From NCBI GenBank assembly GCA_018061745.1, contig JAGOTN010000002.1:1-43681 (forward strand): DNA of 43,681 nucleotides, in the 5' to 3' direction. Below the pieces are notes generated by a model. That model was not told the DNA's origin, ran no database searches, and saw nothing but the letters and a program-made list of their open reading frames with translations. This DNA is from Minisyncoccota bacterium (GTDB taxonomy: Bacteria > Patescibacteriota > Minisyncoccia > Phycocordibacterales > JAACPR01). Shown in pieces: positions 27,890 to 35,629 of the stretch. Every line of letters starts with the position of its first letter. Within the stretch, counting starts at the first letter, position 1. The position numbers and the translations under genes are program-made.

Positions 27890-28447
27890 TTATCTTAACC
27901 AGTAAGTTTCAATTACAACTTCATAATTCATAAACGGTCCAGCTCCTTGACCTTGTTTAATATTCAAAGAACGAATATCGACAATACGCAAAGTCTCTTC
28001 TATGTCTTTCATGAAGTTTATAAATACTTCATATGTTGATGTTATTGTAAAACCTAATCTAATAGTACCAACATCAGTTGTTCTATCCACAGAAGAAGCT
28101 ACATTACTCTTTGCTTCAGGATCAATTGCGTCTTTTGATATATCAATATTTTGAATTGATATTCCATATTTTTCTGCAATATTATTAATATCCAAAACCA
28201 ATCTAACGTTATCTACAGTATCTGGTAGAAGCTTTTCTAATTGCCGACGATCATCAATACTAATGTCATTGTAAGATTGTTGCAGTAAATCTCTTTTTCT
28301 TTGCAAATCTTGAGCAAGTTGCAACATTATATCGTTGTCTTCTTTTTCTTGTTTACTTTTTTGAAAAAGTTCATATTGAGGATCAATGAAAAGAAAGAAT
28401 ATAATCACTGAACCTAGTATTAAAATTAATGGTAAATATTTTTTCAT
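27890..28447 (-). CDS. PilO-like pilus alignment protein
   Basis: N-terminal TM helix, coiled coil, ferredoxin-like C-terminus; position in the operon. Confidence 0.5.
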   Translation of the reverse strand: MKKYLPLILILGSVIIFFLFIDPQYELFQKSKQEKEDNDIMLQLAQDLQRKRDLLQQSYNDISIDDRRQLEKLLPDTVDNVRLVLDINNIAEKYGISIQNIDISKDAIDPEAKSNVASSVDRTTDVGTIRLGFTITSTYEVFINFMKDIEETLRIVDIRSLNIKQGQGAGPFMNYEVVIETYWLR

Positions 28448-28450
28448 ATT

Positions 28451-29095
28451 TTATAGCGTATCTAATTGCTCAACAGCAGGGACATCTGTCGACTCAGATG
28501 TAATTGGAACCAATCCCCTACTATACAAAACAAGTTGAGGATCTATTGTGGCTTCGAAAGCAAAGCTAACATTTCCTAATGTGTTGGGTTGTAAATTTGA
28601 GAAAAGTACATCTCTCATATATCCACTTTTTCCAAACTCATCTGATTGTAAAACAACTGAAGCAAAACTATCTCCTTCACCAACACCTTTAACCACTATC
28701 TTACCATCAGTGTTGTCTGAAAATTCAAAACTTTTGAACGAAATTGTTTGCAAAGTAAATTCTTCAAGAAGATCGAAGATTGCTGAAGGAGCTAAATGTT
28801 TATTTATAATTTTTCCAGAAGAAACTATTCTACTGTTTAGTCTTGTGGCTTGTGAAATAAAGTTTGTATCAAAAGAACCTCTAACTTTTTCAAGAGTCAC
28901 ATATTGTTCCGCAATCTTTTGTTCTAAAGTAAGTCTGTATAAAAATAAAGCTGCAGAAAACAAAATCACGGCAACAAAAACGACTCCAGCAAGAAGCGTC
29001 ATGAAACTAAAACCTGAACCAAAACTAGATAAACCCTTTGCAGAAACGGCAACTTGTTTTTTTGGTATAAATGAAGTTGTGAATTTTGGTTCCAT
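28451..29095 (-). CDS. PilN-like pilus alignment protein
   Basis: Short cytoplasmic N-terminus, single TM helix, coiled coil; directly downstream of pilM. Confidence 0.55.
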   Translation of the reverse strand: MEPKFTTSFIPKKQVAVSAKGLSSFGSGFSFMTLLAGVVFVAVILFSAALFLYRLTLEQKIAEQYVTLEKVRGSFDTNFISQATRLNSRIVSSGKIINKHLAPSAIFDLLEEFTLQTISFKSFEFSDNTDGKIVVKGVGEGDSFASVVLQSDEFGKSGYMRDVLFSNLQPNTLGNVSFAFEATIDPQLVLYSRGLVPITSESTDVPAVEQLDTL

Positions 29096-29156
29096 ATTTT
29101 TAACTCTTTCTATTATATCAATAATGTTTTATAAAATGCGAATAAGTTTTCAAGGT

Positions 29157-30296
29157 TTATTCCATTTCATGCAACTTTCGTAAACCTAAACCAATCGCAC
29201 CACAAAAAGCTAGACCTTGTTGTTTTAAAATACCCTCAAGAAAAGCTGGTGTTTCCAATTTTGCAAAAGGATCCCCAAAGAAAACAGGGATTGATAATTT
29301 ACCTTGAGCCTGAGCTTCTAAGCCGTGAAGTAAAGCTCCTCCCCCAACTAAATAAACCTTAGTAATATTTTTATTATATTTTTTTTGAAAATTCACAAGA
29401 ACAGTATTCATTTCAGAAAGGATTGGTGACAAATTTAAATCAATAATTTGTTTTATTTGATCATCTTGTTCTTTTGTATTTTTTCCGTAATTTCTTTTTA
29501 GTCTTTCGGCAAATTCAACAGAAACACCGATAGATTGGGAGATTGCTAAAGTAATATCTTGAGAACCTTTGTTGATAACATGAGAATCACGAATAATTCC
29601 TCTTTCAACCATATAAACTTTTGTAGCACCTGCTCCAAAATCACACATCATAATAGGAGTGTTATCTCCTGAATCAATCACACCTCTTACAGTAGAAAAC
29701 ATTTCAATTTCAAAAAAACTCGCGTTTAATTGTGAGGTAGAAATAATTGTACTGAAGTCTTGCAAAACATCATTGTGAATTGCAACAACAAGAACTTCAA
29801 TTTGTGGCATTTTATGTTGTCCATCTGGCACACCTTCATAATCATCTGGTTCAGGATCTATTTTTGGAATAACAAACCAATCTAAAGAAACTTCCGTAAT
29901 CGGAACTGGAATATATTTTCTTGCTTCAATAGGAATCATTTGTGCAAGTTGTTTTTCTTCCATTTGAGGCATTCTGATAACAGCGACCAAACTTTGTCGC
30001 ATAGGAATTGAAAGTGCCACACTTTTTGTTGTAGCGTTTGATTCTTTCAAAACATCATTTAATGCTTCTACTATTTTTTCAGGACCGAGTTTTGTTGCTC
30101 TTCCAACTTCAATTCCAGCGTATGGCCCAAGAGAAAGTTCACCGTATGTTTCCAATATAGCCCTTCCTCCCTTTCTTCGCATTTGAACAACTTTTATAGA
30201 AGATGCGCCAATATCAACGCCTATCACACTTGCATCTTTTTGCGATGAAAATTTTTTAAAAACTGAATCAAGAAAGTTAGCCATGATATGTGACAT
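29157..30296 (-). CDS. pilM: Type IV pilus assembly protein PilM (actin-like ATPase fold)
   Basis: VIGVDIGASSIKVV and CDFGAGATK phosphate-binding motifs. Confidence 0.85.
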   Translation of the reverse strand: MSHIMANFLDSVFKKFSSQKDASVIGVDIGASSIKVVQMRRKGGRAILETYGELSLGPYAGIEVGRATKLGPEKIVEALNDVLKESNATTKSVALSIPMRQSLVAVIRMPQMEEKQLAQMIPIEARKYIPVPITEVSLDWFVIPKIDPEPDDYEGVPDGQHKMPQIEVLVVAIHNDVLQDFSTIISTSQLNASFFEIEMFSTVRGVIDSGDNTPIMMCDFGAGATKVYMVERGIIRDSHVINKGSQDITLAISQSIGVSVEFAERLKRNYGKNTKEQDDQIKQIIDLNLSPILSEMNTVLVNFQKKYNKNITKVYLVGGGALLHGLEAQAQGKLSIPVFFGDPFAKLETPAFLEGILKQQGLAFCGAIGLGLRKLHEME

Positions 30297-30316
30297 TTAT
30301 TATATCATGCAAGATT

Positions 30317-30949
30317 ATGAGAACACTGTTGAAAATAAAAAATGTGTGTAAATTTATTTTTGATTTTATTTTACCTGAAGATGAAAAAATTTTTGATGTT
30401 CGAGCGGATTTTTTTTATCAAAAAAACCCGCTCGACATAGCCGAAACATCTCTTTCATATAAACATCCAGAAATCCGCCATTTAATTCACTCTTTTAAAT
30501 ACAATAAGAACACTAAGGCTTTAAATATATGCGCTGATTTGGTTTCAGAAAAAATTATTTCATTCTCAAAATCTCACAATATAAGTAATGCAATAGTTAT
30601 CCCAATCCCCCGCACAAAAATACGCAAACAAAAATTTGGTTTTAATCAGTGTGAAATTCTTTGTGAACAAATTTTAAAAAATTATGAAATCAAAAAATTG
30701 AATTTAATTTATGAACCAAAAATTTTAATTCATACCAAAAACTTTGATACTCAAACCAAACTTTCTCGCAAAATTCGTATTAAAAATACTCAACAAAGTT
30801 TCTCAATTAAATTTCCTAAAAAAATTTCTGGTCGGGATGTTCTATTAATAGATGATGTTTGGACCACGGGTGCTACTTTTTTGGACGCCGAGCGCGCACT
30901 AAAAGAATCTGGTGCAAAAAATATCTTTAAATTCGCAATTGCACATTAA
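30317..30949 (+). CDS. comFC: ComF-family phosphoribosyltransferase-domain protein (ComFC-like)
   Basis: VLLIDDVWTTGATF PRPP motif. The track start at 30290 is GTG; ATG at 30317 is preferred. The N-terminal Cys4 Zn finger is not evident. Confidence 0.75.
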   Translation: MRTLLKIKNVCKFIFDFILPEDEKIFDVRADFFYQKNPLDIAETSLSYKHPEIRHLIHSFKYNKNTKALNICADLVSEKIISFSKSHNISNAIVIPIPRTKIRKQKFGFNQCEILCEQILKNYEIKKLNLIYEPKILIHTKNFDTQTKLSRKIRIKNTQQSFSIKFPKKISGRDVLLIDDVWTTGATFLDAERALKESGAKNIFKFAIAH

Positions 30950-31037
30950 TTTAAACAAAAAACCAAAGTAGAAAAGCCGTTTATTTTATGATAAAGTACT
31001 CGCACGGCATTATTTTGCCTAGTAGAATCGAATACAC

Positions 31038-31124
31038 GGAGGGTTGGCTGAGTGGTCGAAAGTACCTCACTGCTAACGAGGCGTCCTTTTACCGGGACCG
31101 AGGGTTCGAATCCCTCACCCTCCG
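31038..31124 (+). tRNA. tRNA-Ser (anticodon GCU), class II with long variable arm
   Basis: Acceptor GGAGGGT/ACCCTCC, anticodon loop CTGCTAA, variable-arm stem GTCC/GGAC, T-arm GAGGG-TTCGAAT-CCCTC, discriminator G. CCA is not fully encoded. Confidence 0.9.
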
Positions 31125-31165
31125 CAAAACAACGAGCGAACATAGTGAGAGACTATATTTAATAA

Positions 31166-33802
31166 TTAAAACTCTTTAACATCTGGATTCAAACGACAGG
31201 TTCTTATTTTTGATTCAATCTCAGTACCATCCCTTAATTGAATACATTTAATCTGGTAAGACCCTGAAGACAAATTTTCTTGATCCTCAAATTCAACATT
31301 TTTAACCTCTTCATTATTTTTATACAAACTACATTTAATTACATTTGCAGCAACCCAATTTCCTTTACAAGTTGTATTTGTAAGAGAAGCATCCATTGTA
31401 AAATCAATTCTTCCAGCTGGAGCATTTCTATCTAAAGGATATCTATTCCCTTCATCATCTACATAATATTCATCTTCTTCAGTTAACCCATCATCTGAAT
31501 AATCATCTAAATTCTGATCATTATATTCATCCCCCACAGAAACTCCAACGGCACATTTGTCGGAATCATTACCAGTTTGAGCAAGCACTGATACAAGATA
31601 AACTCCAGGAGCATCATATGTAGTTGTATAAGTACTCGACACAACATTGTTTTGAGTTTTCAAAACTGAACCAGTAGCATCACCTCCTGAATACCAATTG
31701 AAATTAGCAATTCCATTGTCGATTCTATTTGCTGAATAAGTTACAGATTCACCAACATCCAACCTATTTTTTGAAGCGGAACATTGAATGTTTGCAGATT
31801 GTGGAATACAAATTAAAGCACCATTTGCATTTCTAGACTGCAGAAGTCTTGCAGGAACTCTTTCTTGAATACCATCAATGTTTGCACAAACATCTTCTTT
31901 GTTTACTTTAAATGTAACTCTACCTTCTCTTGTGACACCTGTATTTTGACCATTCTCTACAATTAATCTATATCTGAATGTATATATTCCAGGTTTATCA
32001 GGGGCGTTAAAAGTTCTAACTTCTTCAGACAAAAAATCTTTTTGTTCACCTCCAGAAATCATTCTTGTCTTATTACTTTTTTGAGCAGGTCCAAAAGGTT
32101 TATCTGGTTTGCCTCTTAAAGCTGGCTCAGAAATTTGAACAGATGTTGTGTACCATTCATTGGTACAGTAAGTAAAATTAAACTTCACTCTAAATTCAAT
32201 GCGTTCATTCTTATCGTACCCTCTAATTTGCGGAGGTTTAGGGTTGATAATATTTACTCCAGTTAAATAAACCCTACCAGCGTTAGCATTTTCTGGTCTA
32301 TCGAAATAAATTATTGATCCAGCAACAAAGATAGATAAAATTAGAACAGAAACAAATGTAATATTTTTATTATTAATATCTCTATTTTTCTTAAAGTAAG
32401 AAACTAAAATGATAATTGCCAAAACAATTACCAGTATCATTCCACCAGCAACAGAGGCAAATTTAGGATCCAACCAAATTATTTTTGTTTTTGGAATAAT
32501 TGTTGTTGCAATTTCTTTAACATCAATCACTTCACCGTTTTGTTTTAAATTAATTACAACTTTAATATCTGTACTATTTCGTATTGGATTAAATTCAAAA
32601 TCAGATTTAAGATCTGCTAATTTAGAAATGTTTTTTGTATCTAAAATTGTGTTTGTTTCTAAATCAAATATAGCTACTTCCATGGATAAATTATCTGGAA
32701 AAGTATAAATATTATCGACTGGAAGATTATTAATTTCTTCTTCAGATAGAGAAGAAATATTTTTGATAAAATTACCTTCCGCTCTACTATCAATAAAATT
32801 TCCATCTTTATCTAAACGATAATTAATAGGGGTGTCTTTAAAAGATACAGACACAATAAATTTATCAATCAAATCTTGATCCAAACCACTAAAACTCACT
32901 TCACCAATCTTTGGCTTTAACTCTTCTCCTTCGATAATATACCTAGTCTCCAGATGATTAGAAATTCTCTTTCCATCTTTAATAAATTCTAGTAATCCAG
33001 TATAAACTCCTCCCTTAAAGTTTGTTGGTAAATTTATCACCTTTGAAAGATCCGTGTTGGCACTCATATTAAAAGTATCCAAATTTACATCATACACAAC
33101 TTCTCCATTAGTATTTTGTCCAGAAAATATTTTTAAATGTGGTGTAACATTTTTTAAATTTTGTGCATTTTTCAAAACCAAAACCAAATTAACCTTTTCA
33201 TCAACAGAAATAGTCGGACCTTCTTTTATAAGAAAATTTTTATCGCCAATTTTAATATTTGCTTCTAAAAAACTAATAAAATCTAGCAAATTACCCCCAA
33301 GATCTATAGCCTTTCTTTCTAATGACACTTCTTCACTTCCTGAGAAAACAATAATTTCTAAAGCAAAACTGTTTTCATTAGATAAAGTGTCTGGTATTTT
33401 AATAGAAAAGTTTTCTTTAGTTTCGCCATTTTTCAAAACACCTATTTCATAAAGATCTGAACCATAAACAGAACTCACTGGATAAAGCGTTCCTTCTTCA
33501 TCAAAAATGACTTCTATTAAATTTACTTTATAACTAATATCTGCGGCGGTTTGTTGCCCGATATTATAAATTGAAAAATTACCAGAAACTACAGAACTAG
33601 TCTTGTAATTATCATCAACTATATTTATATCGTATACATAAATTTGAGGTTCTAAGTTTATTAAATCATCCTCTGAAGTTATTTCTGGATACGAATTTAA
33701 TTCATCACTAACTTGAGCTTGTGTAACGGGGGTAATAAAAACCGAGCAAATTGCAAAAGTTGTCAGTAAAAATAAACTACTAAATGCTTTATTAATATTC
33801 AT
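31166..33802 (-). CDS. Large cell-surface protein: signal peptide, beta-rich ectodomain, TM hairpin, second Cys-containing ectodomain with a PKD/Ig-like segment
   Basis: MNINKAFSSLFLLTTFAICSVFITPVTQAQ signal. Two TM helices (ASVAGGMILVIVLAIIILVSYF and ITFVSVLILSIFVAGSIIYF) separated by KKNRDINNKN. The track start at 33808 is GTG. Confidence 0.65.
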   Translation of the reverse strand: MNINKAFSSLFLLTTFAICSVFITPVTQAQVSDELNSYPEITSEDDLINLEPQIYVYDINIVDDNYKTSSVVSGNFSIYNIGQQTAADISYKVNLIEVIFDEEGTLYPVSSVYGSDLYEIGVLKNGETKENFSIKIPDTLSNENSFALEIIVFSGSEEVSLERKAIDLGGNLLDFISFLEANIKIGDKNFLIKEGPTISVDEKVNLVLVLKNAQNLKNVTPHLKIFSGQNTNGEVVYDVNLDTFNMSANTDLSKVINLPTNFKGGVYTGLLEFIKDGKRISNHLETRYIIEGEELKPKIGEVSFSGLDQDLIDKFIVSVSFKDTPINYRLDKDGNFIDSRAEGNFIKNISSLSEEEINNLPVDNIYTFPDNLSMEVAIFDLETNTILDTKNISKLADLKSDFEFNPIRNSTDIKVVINLKQNGEVIDVKEIATTIIPKTKIIWLDPKFASVAGGMILVIVLAIIILVSYFKKNRDINNKNITFVSVLILSIFVAGSIIYFDRPENANAGRVYLTGVNIINPKPPQIRGYDKNERIEFRVKFNFTYCTNEWYTTSVQISEPALRGKPDKPFGPAQKSNKTRMISGGEQKDFLSEEVRTFNAPDKPGIYTFRYRLIVENGQNTGVTREGRVTFKVNKEDVCANIDGIQERVPARLLQSRNANGALICIPQSANIQCSASKNRLDVGESVTYSANRIDNGIANFNWYSGGDATGSVLKTQNNVVSSTYTTTYDAPGVYLVSVLAQTGNDSDKCAVGVSVGDEYNDQNLDDYSDDGLTEEDEYYVDDEGNRYPLDRNAPAGRIDFTMDASLTNTTCKGNWVAANVIKCSLYKNNEEVKNVEFEDQENLSSGSYQIKCIQLRDGTEIESKIRTCRLNPDVKEF

Positions 33803-33854
33803 CAACACTAATTAAAACACACTGCAAAACTTATACAAAAAACTTACCCACTTA

Positions 33855-35582
33855 TTAATTAGACATCAAAGATGCTGTCAATTTATTTTCCCCAGACACT
33901 ACTTCATTTTTTACTTCTTTTCTAATTTTCTTTAAAATAGTTTCTTCAACCATTGACTGCAATTCTTCTTTTGAAAAAATATTACTTTCTTGAATTAAAT
34001 TTAATGAAATATCGTCATATTTTGCATATTCATCAAAATAATATTTCTGCTCATTGGGTTTTTTCTTTAAATAAGGTTTTAAATCACTATAACCAATAGA
34101 ACTATATTTTATCTTTTCAGGATTCCATTCATCTAATAAATTTAGATCCTCAAATCTTTGCTCAACTTTCAAATCAACATAATCATCGACAGCTTTTTGA
34201 TAGTTTAATCTATCTTGTTCAAATCTGTCCATATAAGCATTGTGTTCTTTTACACCAACTCCAAAAGCTTTCCATGCAAACTTTCTAAATGGATTTTTCA
34301 TCTTTGCCTCAAACTCTTTTTCTAAAATTTCAGATTTTTTATGAGCAAGAATTAATGTGTCTCTTTTTATTTTTAATTCTTTCTCTATGTTTTTAACTTC
34401 TTTTTTTTCTGGAATATTTTTTTCAGACTCAAAGTTAAATTCAACTCCCTGTAAAGCTGACGAATTAGGCAACTTTGTCCTTATTTTTTCTCTAGATTCC
34501 AAATGCATTTCTGTATTGATTTCATCAATCAACTCTGAAGATTTTTCCGATTTAACCTCTTCATTTTCAACAAACAATACAGGTTTTTTTCTAGGAGTCT
34601 TTGGTTTTTTTTCTTTTAACTCTTCTAATTCAACAGGTTTTTCTGCTTTTGTTTTATTTTTAGGAAGTTTCAATACAAATTCATCCTCAACCTCTTCAAC
34701 TTCCTTAACTACTTCTTTTTTCTCAACAGGTTTTATGAACTCTTCTTCCAATAAGTAGCTGGGTTCGTTTTCCAGTGGCTTTAACTCTTCTTCGACAACT
34801 TCTTCAGCAACAGGTTTAGTTAATTCTTCCTCTACAACTTCTTCTACTGGAAGGGGTGGAAGTGGTGGGGGTGTATTTTTTTTTGCATCTTCCTGTAAAA
34901 GATCAAAAACTTTTTGTCTCAATCTTCCACTTCTTGTAATGTAGTCATATTCTAATTCCCCATCTCTAACTCCTTCAATAATCATTTTCAATTGGTCTTT
35001 ATTAAAATATTCTTGAGAACCTTGAATTCCCTCACTAGCATCAATCTTTTGCAACAAATCTTCAATAGAAGTCGCTGATAAAATATCTTTTGTCTTTAAT
35101 TTTTTCTCGTTATATTTATCGTATGAATCAAAATCCAAACCTTCATATTGACTTTCAACGTCTTCAGGATTTGGCATCCTTACTTTTAATTCAGATCCAT
35201 CATCAAAATCAACTTCTTTCAAACCTTTTTTAGGAATTCGTTTATTAGTTCTTTTTTTATTTTCTGGCGTTGATTTTGATTTTTCAAAAGCAAGAGTCTC
35301 ATTATCTTTTGCCTCTTGTGAGTCTTTCAAATTTGCGTCACTTAATAATTGAGCTGCTTTTTTTCTTTGATTATAACCACCTGCTCTTTTATCAGTATCT
35401 TCTACAGATTTAGGAGGCTTAGGAGCATTGTCTTTAATAAGATTTTGAAACTGTTCACTTGATAAATCTTCTTCATTTATATCAATTTCAGATTCATCAA
35501 CAGCAAACTTCTCAACTGATTTGATAAATTCTTCCGGAAGTTCTTCAAAACTTTTAAATCCACCTTTTGGTTTTTCTGACAT
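33855..35582 (-). CDS. Lys/Glu-rich, low-complexity cytoplasmic protein with a polyproline segment, function unknown
   Basis: 575 aa, no TM helix, PPPLPPLP followed by EEVVEEEL-type repeats. Confidence 0.55.
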   Translation of the reverse strand: MSEKPKGGFKSFEELPEEFIKSVEKFAVDESEIDINEEDLSSEQFQNLIKDNAPKPPKSVEDTDKRAGGYNQRKKAAQLLSDANLKDSQEAKDNETLAFEKSKSTPENKKRTNKRIPKKGLKEVDFDDGSELKVRMPNPEDVESQYEGLDFDSYDKYNEKKLKTKDILSATSIEDLLQKIDASEGIQGSQEYFNKDQLKMIIEGVRDGELEYDYITRSGRLRQKVFDLLQEDAKKNTPPPLPPLPVEEVVEEELTKPVAEEVVEEELKPLENEPSYLLEEEFIKPVEKKEVVKEVEEVEDEFVLKLPKNKTKAEKPVELEELKEKKPKTPRKKPVLFVENEEVKSEKSSELIDEINTEMHLESREKIRTKLPNSSALQGVEFNFESEKNIPEKKEVKNIEKELKIKRDTLILAHKKSEILEKEFEAKMKNPFRKFAWKAFGVGVKEHNAYMDRFEQDRLNYQKAVDDYVDLKVEQRFEDLNLLDEWNPEKIKYSSIGYSDLKPYLKKKPNEQKYYFDEYAKYDDISLNLIQESNIFSKEELQSMVEETILKKIRKEVKNEVVSGENKLTASLMSN

Positions 35583-35614
35583 GCATTTAATCTTACACCA
35601 AAAAAATTATAAGG

Positions 35615-35620
35615 TATAAT
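35615..35620 (+). promoter_or_regulatory. TATAAT box 9 nt upstream of the ATPase start codon (very short or no leader)
   Basis: TATAAT at 35615-35620, ATG at 35630, no SD. Confidence 0.2.
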
Positions 35621-35629
35621 CATATCAAC

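Noticed and set aside
28548-29183. 211-aa plus-strand ORF
   Set aside because: It is entirely antisense to the pilN-like gene and the pilM 3' end within a tight minus-strand operon. It has low-complexity Ser/Lys/Phe-rich composition and is a typical shadow ORF.
30946-31179. 65-aa and 63-aa ORFs on both strands
   Set aside because: They are translations across the tRNA-Ser(GCU) gene.
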